Source: Mizuhopecten yessoensis (lineage: Eukaryota). From it: 64,000 nucleotides of DNA. The notes under the pieces were generated by a model. The model saw only the letters and a program-made list of their open reading frames with translations, searched no databases and was not told where the DNA came from. A program made the translations under genes and the position numbers. Shown in pieces: positions 38,178 to 49,898 of this stretch. Every line of letters begins with the position of its first letter. The stretch's first letter is position 1. Location: assembly GCF_002113885.1 (NCBI RefSeq), contig NW_018408296.1:8123-72122 (forward strand). Direction: 5' to 3'.

Positions 38178-39450
38178 TATTTTTTCAGTTGTAATATTCA
38201 AGAGCAATGAGTCCCGTAACGCATTTTTGTTGTGCCCAATGGTTTCATCGATGAACAAACAATTAACAAAATCATCTTTTTTTTTCTCAAAAAATGTTTT
38301 ATAAGAAGAAAACTCGTGTTTTTGTAATTGTTTATGGTTGCATCGCTGTAGCTTTTATTACACGATAAAATATTACTAAATATAGATAATTTATTTCTCG
38401 CAGATATAATGAATGAAAACCTATCGAGATATTCTCGAAATTCTATTCCATATCGACAAAAATCCTTTCTGAACACACGTGGGGGTAAAAAATTTCCCCG
38501 GCTTTTGAGACTTTCGATAGCGAGCTAAGCAGCGTGTCTTCATACCTTCTATAAAACAAAATCTGGTGTTGACAATCCGTCACATGATAATTTTTGGTTA
38601 AATGGGTATCGTTACCAATTACTGCTACTGAAAAGAACATGGATCGCAACCAGATTCGGCCATAAAAGTGATGATTTCACATACTTGAATCCGAAACTTG
38701 TTTACAACTCGCCATGATGGACTTTTTACATCCTGTGATATCACGCCGCGAATCCGAAAATGTTTCCAAAACATCGATAAAACTGATATTGTAGACTCAA
38801 AATAATAATGATTTATGTTTAGCAACAAGATTGTTATACTCAGAATATGTAATATTATGCTTAAATGCTAAAATCTCAAACAACTGACAAGCATGTAGTT
38901 CTTCGGAAGCGGAGTATAAACAATAGCACAGGTGTTGTTGAGCACATCCGGGAGCTACACGAGGAAACGTCCATACAAGTAAGTATGATTTACACATAAA
39001 TATTACTATTACGTTCGAAATCCTTATATATTATGCAATATATGCTGCATACACTATCACTGAGCTAGCCGATCGCTGATCGTCAGTTTCTTATCAATCC
39101 TATATCACTTTTTATGGTGTGGTTGCTTCGTATTGAACTGTCAGGTAAGTGTCAGATCTGCATTTTCCCGCGTGGTTTCAGGTATTTGTTTGGGGTCCGA
39201 AAACTTTCTCGTTGTATCGACAACACGACTATTTTTGAACTAAAATATTTTTTTTATGTTTCATTCATATCTCCATGTACATATGTGAGATTATTTGTTG
39301 TATTGACATTTTAATGTATTTATTATCGACAAAAACCATTTGTTGCGTATTGTGTACCACCTGCCAGTAGCCCCCGCAAATCTTACCAAGTATAAAAGAC
39401 CCTGCGGTACTGTATGGAAACTCATACACGTGGAGCACTTCTAAGCAGAC

Positions 39451-41669
39451 ATGGGAAAAAGAAAAAGACGAATTACAAAGTTAAATGCTGCAACTGGACG
39501 CCATTCTGCACGTAGCAAACTGCGACAGAGGCACTTAGCAAAACAGGTAGCAGAATTTAAGAAGCAAGATAAGGAGAAAAGGTGCAATCCATACCGGGTA
39601 TTAAGGCGATATAATATCATAAATGGCCAGCTAGTGATTTAAAGATGTGCTGTCCAGGTTGTGGAAAGGAATTTGTTCTCCAAACGAACAAGAAGATTCC
39701 TAACTCAACTCTGCAAGAAACTAATATGAGAGCAGTTTGGGGCTCAATGGTGACAGGTGGTGGACTGGCTTCTTTGAATGAAATGTTGGCTACAATTGGG
39801 CTCCCTGGACTCCGACAATCTTCCTACTCAGAGATTGAGCAAAAAATTGGGGCTCTATGGCACAACGTCCTTGAGAAAGACATGCAGGAAGCTGGAGCTG
39901 AAGAGCGTCGTTTAGCTGTGGAAAGGGGCGACTTTGATGACGGTATCCCAGCAATTACAGTAGTGTGTGATGGTGGATGGTCAAAGCGTTCACACAAGCA
40001 TACATATAATACATTAGGTGGTGTAGCTGTTATTTTTGGAGCAGAGACGGGGAAATTGCTTCAAATAGGGGTAAGAAACAAACATTGTAATGTCTGCTCA
40101 ACAGCTGAATCCAGGCATTGTGAACCCCAACCACACCTGTGCTTCCGGAATTGGACGGACACTAGTCAAGCAATGAAAGCAGAAATTACAGTTGAGGGCT
40201 TTCAGAAGGCAGAATGAACAAATGGTCTGCGTTATATGCGCCGAATTGCTGATGGGGATAGCTCTGTGTTTGCCAGGATCCAGCAGCAAGTGCCAGTGTG
40301 GGGACTGAAAGTCACAAAAATGGAATGCGCTAACCATAGTTGCAAGTGTCTGCGTACAAATATTGAAAAACTAGTGGAGAGTAGGCCTCAGAATAAAGGT
40401 CAGGGAAAACTTACCAAGATGATTCGTATTCGTCTAACTAAGGGCGTACGATGTGCAATTCGTAGGAGGTCACAGGAGACGGACAAGAAGGCGGCTGCAC
40501 GAAAACTTGAGCACGATATCCGTAATTCCGTGCATCATGTTTTGGGTAACCATGACAATTGCAGTGACTTTTGTACCAAGAAGCCGGAGAAAACCTCAGA
40601 TTGTGTTTCAAATGGTGTTGGTGGTCTGGACCCTGCTGATACCATTCCTGATGTTTTGGCGGACCAGGAGGAAGCATGGAAACAAGCAATATGTGAAGAA
40701 GGGCTTGAGAAATCACGTTTTAGAACCAAGGCGACCGGGACAATAGACCCTCAATTAATTAGAGATGTGAGTGTCCTTCTGAATTCAATGGCCGTAAAGT
40801 CTTCTCGCCTGATTGGAAATTTCACTACAAACTTGGCAGAATCATGGATGGATATCCGTGCAAAATTTGATTGTGCAAGCAGTTAACCGATACAATAGAG
40901 GGTCTTGGCACAGTCGATGCTATGGGGGTGCATTGCGGAAGAATTTTGGTACAGCGTGGTATCCAGTTGTCTGGCACACAGTTAAAGGAGTGAAACCAGG
41001 GCCATCATACACATCCCATTACCACCAGCGGGCTATTCATCAACTAGCCAGTCAGCGCAGTAATAGCAAACCCTGAGGTGAGGAGGAGAGCATTCAAAAG
41101 GAAGATGTCACACGCTACCCAAGCAGCTAGCAAAAAAGCTCGTCAAGAGTATGGTGTGGAGGCCCTGGATGTTGTCCCAGACATACCAACAAGTGTTTTC
41201 CAAACTTCACCAGATTGAGCAATCAACTCGTGACTAGTCACTAAGTGTTACCTGGATTGAGGAAAGGAAGAAAAGATTGACAGCATCTAGATTTGGAGAC
41301 GTTGTTAAGAGGAACACAAAATTAAACACAGGTACTTTGGTGAAGAGTCTGCTGTACTCAAAATGTCAGGGGAATCACTGCACAAGGTTCGGTTTAGGAC
41401 AAGAATACATTGCCATTAAAGAGTACATACAGCAAACGAAACAACACATGGGTGTGGACATGATCATGACGCCTGTCGGCCTAGTGATTGATGAACAGCA
41501 TAATTTTTTGGGAGCATCACCTGATGGAAAAGTGTCCCATGGAACTGATGAAGGGCTAGTTGAGGTAAAGAACTTGCTTCAGAGGAATCAGCTCACCTTT
41601 GAGGAGGCTGCAAAGAAGGGAAACTTTTGTCTCACACTGGTATCCGTGAGCCACTTAAACCTTGGGTAA
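39451..41669 (+). pseudogene. Mutator-like/Kolobok DDE transposase fused to YqaJ-like exonuclease, disrupted
   Basis: VVCDGGWSKRSHKH, C..C...H.C..NW...S.AM, IADGDSS, KMECANH, TTNLAES; then LTASRFG, FLGASPDG, LVEVK. In-frame stops and frameshifts. A TATA box (tataaaag) lies at 39391. Confidence 0.88.
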
Positions 41670-41948
41670 GATCCCACACCATCCCTTATCTCATAAACCA
41701 CTCTCACTTTATTTAATTTACATCACACTATGTGTCACATTAATGCATAGTTTTATGTACTTCAATATTTGTTCTTGTGTTATCACAAACAAGAAGAATT
41801 TGACAAGGTTTAATAGAGAGGGAAAACACAGATGGGGTCAGATTTTGTTTAACCAGACTAAGGGCTGCAAGTGAAAACAATTTTTGAATTAACTTCAATA
41901 TTGGATAACCTTATCCACAAAGTAATGTTTTTATGATTTTGGTTTCAG

Positions 41949-43331
41949 TTTGTACCCCAACTGACCTCCTGTGGAAACAAAAAACCAACACGTGCACATT
42001 CATGTGTGAGGAAACCTGCAAGAACTGTCAATAAAGATGAAAATACTACAGTGTGTAAGGCAACAGCATCAGGTAAACATAAGTTGATTGTAAATATTCC
42101 ATCGTAAAGTGTTTTATATACAATTCATTTTGTAATTCAATCTATGATGGATTTTACCACCAAAATATGCCTCCACATATAGGACTCTCACATCCATACA
42201 ATTATAACAATCATGATTAATCACACACGGCACTTTAGTAAAGTATAAAGTAAAGTATGTACATATGTAATTTGTACAAAATACACTAACTGACTGAATC
42301 AAAATATTTTATTTCACATTGAAATTTTACATTTTGTCATTGGGTCAGCATTTTCTTATAATTTATATGTTTTAAAATCAATGAATTGTTATAAACAATT
42401 TGGCATGATTTTGAAACTTTTTATATGCTATAAAGCTATGGAGAAATTGATGCATTACATAAATTTAAAACACATTTTCAGGTGCAAAAAGTGAAGCTCC
42501 CGCTCCAAGTGTTCGCGCATCAAGGAGACGACGAGTTAAATTTGTTGGACGGACTATCATCCATAAATGCAACAGTGATAGAAAAGGTACGCAGTTATTA
42601 AATGTATGATTTATGTTTACCAGACTGTGTTTATGACACAGATTTATTCCATAAAGAACATTTCGACCCCTTTATTTACATGTGCAATATATAATCCAGA
42701 AGTCAGCTTCAGTCTCCATGTGTGCCTGTGCTTTCTGTTCTGGTTCAACCAGTTGAAACAGTTTATGGTGATCAAAATAAAAGGCCATGGTGAGCTTTGA
42801 ATTTTGATGATCAATTCTTGCAAAGTTTGATATTGCCAGTCACTGTTTATTTCAAAGTAATTAATGTGTCTTTATCAAAACATATGCTGTTGCAGAATCA
42901 TTTTAATGATTTGTACAAAATACTCAAAGACTGAACTATTCCAGCCCCTAAAATAGCTGTGTCCGATTTTGATAGTGTGGAGTCTCATTTTCACTATGTT
43001 GGTGTGACAGTGACAATTATTGTCTGTTACTCGATCATGTTCTCAAAGTAGTTNTAACGAAAACTTTTACTTTGGCTTTGACATTTTACGGGTTCTGCAT
43101 TCAAATTTGTATGACTGATGAAGGGATGATATTTTTTTTTTTATTAATTTGCGATTGAAAACACCTGCTTTAATTAAGCTGTGTCCTTTCACTTTCTCTT
43201 TTTCATTAGGTGACTTCAACAAAGACAGGTGGTTAGAAGGGTATGTGCTGGAATGTGTTGCAGGAAAAGATGGGGAAGATGGGGCCATGTACGATGTGAA
43301 ATACAAGGGAAAAAAGCGAACTCCTAAATAG
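41949..43331 (+). CDS. three in-phase exons inside the transposon encoding a Spindlin/Tudor-like domain
   Basis: Exons 41949-42072, 42482-42586 and 43210-43331 with AG/GT ends and phase-1 joins give ...RRRRVKFVGRTIIHKCNSDRKGDFNKDRWLEGYVLECVAGKDGEDGAMYDVKYKG. Confidence 0.55.
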
Positions 43332-44019
43332 TGGAGATATGAAATTTTGGGATATTAAGGTGAGTTCAAGAAATTGAATATAGAAATGAATACTAATTTC
43401 TGTGTTGATCAAAGTAATAAGATTGTGTCATTGTATGAATAAAGACATTTATTGCATACTTTCTACATTTCCAAAATAATAATTTAATCCATGAATATCA
43501 TTGTATTCTTGTAATATTTGGATATTAACTTAAAACAAGTGTATGTTCAGTGTCATTACTTCAGTATTCGGAGATGTTGTATAAATGTACAAAGTTTTTG
43601 ATTTTTGTTGATCCAGCAATCCCGCCTCTATAGCCAAACCACTTAAACGTATGTTGGTGTCAATGCTGCATCATTGGGTACAACTTGTGCAAATAATTAA
43701 TGGACAAGTAATTCATGTAAACTCTGACATTATAAAATAAAGCAGCGTTATGTTTGATGTTCCGAACTAATAATTACACCAATAATCACCTAGTTCTTAT
43801 CAGATATAATTAGGAATTCGTTCTGCAAAATATGTAAAGGACACATAAAGGAAAACTTTACAGCTTGTTCAGGAGTTAGAACCTACGTCTACCAGAGATT
43901 TTAATGATGTAACTTTTATTTTCATATAGAATTGTTACCTAGAAAACAACCCAACATGTTTTATGTAAAACTGTTTCATTTTTCCAATTTTACAGGCAAC
44001 AGATACATGCAAACTAGCT

Positions 44020-45330
44020 GACCAGTCAGTCAACTAGACATGTCTGACAGCCTAGTCAACTAGACAAGTCAAGCAGACAAGTCAACCATCCCAGACAGCC
44101 TGTTCAGTCAACGAGTCGAATTTGCCAGACCACTCCACCAACCCCATTTCCAGTCCACCAGTGAAGTCACCCAGTACAGTCCACCAGACCAGTCAGCCAA
44201 GCCAGTCAACCAGTTCAGTAAACCAGACCAGTTGAACAGCCCAAGTCAACCAGTCCAATCAACCACCCCGAGTCAACCAGTCCACTTAACCAGACCGCTC
44301 GCCCACACCATTCAACCAGTCCTGTCCACCAGACCAGTCCGCAAGTCCAGTCCAGTCCAGTCCAGTCAACCACACCAGTCAGCCAGCCTAAGTTGACCAG
44401 TCCAGTCAGCCAGACCAGTCTGCAAGTCCAGTCCACCAGACTAGTCCACCACCCGAAGTTTACCACTCCAGTCAACCAGTCCAGTCAGCCAGTCCAGTCC
44501 ACCAGTCCAGTCAACCACACCAGTCAGCCAGCCTTAGTTGACCAGTCCAGTCAGCCCGACTTTTCAGCCAGTCAAGTAAGCCAGTCAAGTCCACCAGTCC
44601 AGTCAGCCAGATCAGTCGGCCAGTCCAGTCCACCAGACCAGTCAACTAGTCCAGTCCACCAGTTCAGGCAACCACACCAGTCAACCACACCAGTCAGCCA
44701 GCCTTAGTTGACCAGTCCAGTCACCCAGCCTTTTCAACCAGCCAAGTCAGCCAGTCCAGTCCACTAGTCCAGTCAGCCAGGCCAGTCCGCCAGTCCAGTC
44801 CACCAGACCAGTCAACCAGTCCAGTCAGCCAGTTCAGTCAACTAGTCCAGTCCACCAATTCAGTCAGCCAGCCTTAGTTGACCAGTCTAGTCAGCCAAAC
44901 GTTTCAGCCAGCCAAGTCAACCAGACCAGTCCATCAGTTCATTCAACCAGACTAGTCCACCACCCGATTTCAGCCAGCCAAGTCAACCAGACCAGGCCAT
45001 CAGTCCAGTCAACCAGACCAGGGCATCAGTCCAGTCAACCAGACCAGGCCATCAGTCCAGTCAACCAGACCAGTCCACCACCCGAAGTTTACCACTCCAG
45101 TCAACCAGTCCAGTCAGCCAGTTCAGTCAACTAGTCCAGTCCACCAGTTCAGTCCACCAGTCTTAAGTTAACCAGTCCAGTCAGCCAAACCGGTCAACCA
45201 GACTAGTCCGCAAGTCAAATCCACCAGTTCAGTCCACCAGACCAGTCCGCCAGTCCGCTCAACCGGACCAGTCAACCGGACAAGTGAGCCAGCCAGACCA
45301 AGTTAACCAGTCCATTCAGCTAGTTATCCA
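44020..45330. repeat. (CCAGT/CAGT)n-based complex microsatellite inside the transposon
   Basis: ccagtccagtcaaccag-type units with higher-order repeats over ~1.3 kb. Confidence 0.95.
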
Positions 45331-48300
45331 GCTTACCATCACAATTCAACCAAACTGCCCAAGTCAATTATACCAATCAACAAGGTGAGTCAACTGCTCA
45401 AGTCAAATTCACTAGTCAAGTTCAACCATTCCTGTCAAGATGGTTAGTCATAACTCTCAGCTTAGCATTGTTCTAGGCCCAATATTTAGTGTACTTTTAG
45501 CTGTATACATTCTTACTTTATGTGACCCCTCTGTTCATCCTACACTCATCAGAAAAAGAAGTATTGGGCAATATGGACTGTCTCTAGTAAATGTAGGTTA
45601 AACGGATAAGTGCACTCATCAGGATGAAAGTCCAGATAAATGTTTTAATGTATTCTAGCTAAGATATTGTACTGTGTAACCCATTTATCAAACAGCATTG
45701 AGGACACATGCCACCTGATGTGAAGTTACATAGTGCAGACGAATTACGTAAATGAAATATTTTACTACACAAACTGTGTAGGTAATATGTCACTCACAAA
45801 ATGCTTTTTAGTAGAATTGTTATATTTTTCTTATTTTATTGGTGACAGATACACTACACATTACCCACCGAAGCAGTTGGGTCACTTGAATTTCTAGCAA
45901 ACCAACCTTGTCAAATCAGCCGCCTAGCTCTGCCAACTCACCAGACAGCCAGCCAAATAGCTTCTACCTATCCTTATCCTGCAAGCCTTTTCATAAAGAT
46001 CTGATAACAGTCAGTCAATGATCGAGCTAGTTCAGCCATTGTTCTCCTTGAAATCCTTTCCTTGGTAAGCATATTACAATTGTTCCTTGATAAACATATT
46101 ACAATTGATCATTACTTACAACTTGCAAAACTCTTCTCCATCAGGTGTTGCATAGGGCATGGACAAGTGACCTTGTACCTAACTCATACAAGTCCATGTT
46201 TTGTGATACTATGGTAGATTTATTTTGATAATTCTTTTCATCTTCTTCCAAGTGGTGTTGATTTTAGCACAGTTGGTCATTCATTCCAACATTCTCCTGC
46301 TATTGACCTTCCCTGAATGTGTTTGTCATGTTATCAAACACCATAGACCCATTCTCTACTTAGCCTAATATTTTGAAAAGGTTGTTTGATATTTTCAGAT
46401 ATAACTGCAGGCATCTAACACAAAAGCAAACCAACCTAAGTCGCACAAATATCCCAGCCAACCAGTGAGATAAATAGCCTAATCTGAGCTAGCTACTCAA
46501 CCATGTCAACCAGTATTTCAAGCCCCACCTTAGCAGGAGTGTAACTAAGTGGCCAGTCATCAAACAGTTTTGTGTTCAATGTTCTCGTCGGTAAGTATAA
46601 CTGCAGAAATAATCCAAACTGCACTTCAGAAGGCAATTTTCACACCTATCACATGTTGTCAATTTCAACAACAAATTGGCTAATAACCCTATACAAGTAT
46701 ATATGGTTCACTGGACATTTCATTTTTATGTTGATTATGTGAACAATGGCCCCAAAAACTGTTTTTGCTTACCGGTACATAGAAAATCAAAATAGGGCCA
46801 ACCGGAGGGGAGTTATAATATTGAAAAAATGTGTTTTACTATTGTTCAATACATAAAAAGGTTTTAAGTTTAGCGTGAGTTAGTTTGTGCAAAAAATACT
46901 TTTCAGGTCTTGCACCATGGAAAACATGTTATGATTAGGTTGGGTTTACTTATTCTATGACGATGTACATGTATATCTTTCACTAAATTAATTTGGATAA
47001 AATAGTCAAGATAGTCGAAATCTCAGAGTATATCTTCATCTTATCTTTATAATGAATCATATTAACAGTATTATTAGTGATGTGTTGTTAATTAAAATAC
47101 TTTCAGACAACCAACAATTATGGAAGTCATGTGTTACAGCTATATGTTTACTAATGTGACAAATGCAGCTATCACACTGTGTAGATTCTATCTGGCTTCC
47201 TAGGCAACAGATACGTTGAACAGAAAGGCTCCTGTCTGCAGATCATAATAGATCACATGAATTTCATATACAAGGTATATCCTTTGTTTTTGTTTTCCAT
47301 AATGGTGTCGGTACAGATAACTATTTCAAATATTGTTCAATAAATAATTGTGAATTGGGAAACACAAACACAATTCATGGAAATAAAGCCTACCAAATTT
47401 CAACAATGTTGGTCAAAAACCGAGAGAAGAAATCTCCGGACAACCTTTTTAAAAATGTTGAAGAAATAAGGGGGGACAATGCTTTGAAATAAAATAAAAT
47501 TCAAATGCTGAATTGAAAAGCACAACTACATGTTGTAGCAACAAAGCCAAGCAGATTTAAAGACAATGCTTGAAGATAAAATAAAGGGTGATAACTCTTT
47601 CAAAGATTGTTTAAAAACATAATTCAATTTGGAAATCAAAACTACATTTAAACATAATGTAGTCTACAAAGGTTTAAGAGGATAGAGCCAAAACTGAGGG
47701 AAATATTTTTTTTAATTTCAGTTTGCAGCTTTGGGCCTCCAAACTTTCTGCTTCATTGACTACATGGACCACTTTCTAGCAAGAAATGGCTGCCAATTTT
47801 AGCCAAACAACCATCAGGAAATTGTGCCAGTATTTCATTGTAAATGGATTTTGAGTGAATTCTTTTCTAGGTTTTCATAGACTATGGATTGAAGATATTA
47901 AATATGATTTTTTTGGATATTTAGGACTTAGCTTGTGTGAGGTAGGGACGCAACCATCCAATAAATTTAAATATGTTCTCAGAATGTTTTGAGTCATTTT
48001 TTTCAAATTATTTTTACCTATAAATGATCGTTATGTTCTAATGAACATTTTGGTATTTGATAAGGGTATGTTTGTTGTTGTTAAAGTGAAATATTTCACT
48101 GGGTTGTATATGCATTAGAAATGCCATATGACTTATATCTCCCCCTTAACCTGATCCTTCTCTTACACAACCGTCAGTTACTTCCCCTACATCTCACTCC
48201 ATATACAACACCGACAACCACTTCCTCCTCCATCCTTCTCATATACAGTCGTCCACCTCAACGTTTCGCACTCATCCTTATAAACCCCTATGTGTGTTTT

Positions 48301-48747
48301 GATAATATTTTGTTAAAATATTCTAAACAGGGTTACATGTACCAATTTTGAATGAAACATGACGTGCATGATTAGCCTGTTTAAAGAATATTCAAACATA
48401 TTATCGGGGTATTACTATGAAAAGGACGGTTTTAAAACTTCAAAAAATCAAAAAATTTGTACTTTTAAAATGAAATTGAATGTTCTTTTATGTTGTATTC
48501 TTTAGGGAATAAATACCATAAATACCACATAAAATCTTCAACTGTGCAAACATGGCGTCATCTTAACGATTCGAAAGATAAAATCATCAATGGAGTTTCG
48601 AAATTGTTTTCTGATTCAAACCTTGTGGTTTCGTATTGGTGTTCAGAATTGTAATAAACAGAAATCCAAAATGTCTTCTGTAAAAAGTAAGATAAATGAT
48701 ATGTCTGGTATAGCAGTGATGTTCATTATATTTTAGAGAGTCTTTAG

Positions 48748-48847
48748 GTTACAGGAGAGAACGCGTGCCCGCCAGAAACTTCCCATCAGATAAAGGGATA
48801 CAAATGTTGTGTTCGCTGTCAGAAATCGGAAAAAGGAATCGGTTATG
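48748..48847 (+). CDS. candidate upstream Cys-rich exon of the LRR-GPCR
   Basis: VTGENACPPETSHQIKGYKCCVRCQKSEKGIGY, ending at G|gtaagt in phase 1, which matches the acceptor at 49899. Confidence 0.5.
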
Positions 48848-49898
48848 GTAAGTATAAAGGTTAGGGCTGGTGTTTTAATAAATCAAATCTTTGTGGATCA
48901 CATTTTTCTTTTTATTGAGACACATTATGACGTATCTGAAGCCATTGTACTCGTCAAGTTAAGAGTAAAATCTCTTGCAATGAGATACGTATCTATTATT
49001 GTGACTCCTACATATTTCGTTGGTCTTAAGCGGTTATTTTCAGACGTTGAAGTTGTTAATATATCAGAGCGAGAGCTGAAATGCATAAAAGATTGAACAA
49101 ATATAGTTTTGTGTTTGTTAAACTGATTTAAAGCCAAACAAACCGGTGAGTTCATGTATTAAGAATGCGATGTGTAATTTACCCGAATAAACGTACATTT
49201 CATATATGTATTACAGACTCGGAACCCCCCCCCCCAATAATAATGTTAAGTTGTAAACAACGTTTATTCGTTGATCTAAATTGACAACTATTTTTTCAAG
49301 GGCATTATCAAGTATCGTAATTTCAATTACCGAACAAAAAGAAAATATCGTCCAATGGTCTGGTAGGAACAGGGACCTATGTCAAGTTCAGATATATCGG
49401 TAAACTATGATTCTTGTGATACAGGAACAAAATCTTTTACCGTTTTTGATGACGAACAACTTACATTTTCATACGAATCTATTACAGTACCATTCTAATG
49501 ACTTTCAACGTCATAATGGGATCGAACGTTATTTTCTTTATTTTCATGCCGGTATGACCGTTTAAAAATTGGCGCCAATAATTAACAGTAGTCATTTGAG
49601 CGTTTGACGCAGGGGTATTCTCCATGTAATTCGAAGCGAAGCGACAAGACTCTCACTGAACAATGTTAATCTATGACGTCATAAGTAAACCAAGTGTTTC
49701 GTCACGAGAGGTTTTGCTTTCATACTGGTAACGTTTATATAGTGGATTGCAGCGCAAATGTTAATCTAAATGTATATCATTTAGATACATCCTAAGCATT
49801 TTTACCTTTTTATATGTTTTCAAACAATCTCGAGAATTAAAATACTTAGATGTTTGTATTTTATGATCATGTACAGTTGATTATGGTATTTGTTTTAG

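Larger units (their letters stand above)
38178..48145 (+). mobile_element. ~10-kb Kolobok-type DNA transposon (DDE transposase + YqaJ/lambda exonuclease)
   Basis: Degenerate long TIRs: atggttgcatc-N68-atgaaaaccta (38334-38423) is inverted to taggttttcat-N68-gacgcaaccat (47868-47957), with further motifs in register. The right end is ...ctccccc followed by TTAA at 48146. The left tip is replaced by the LINE tail. Confidence 0.75.

Noticed and set aside
44215-44707. W/L-rich and S/P/Q-rich ORFs
   Set aside because: Explained by the CCAGT microsatellite; no independent coding evidence.
49850-49898. ORF-track start Met of the GPCR
   Set aside because: Lies upstream of a good acceptor (tgttttag) and is probably intronic. 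Likewise 51729-51799 is intron read-through.
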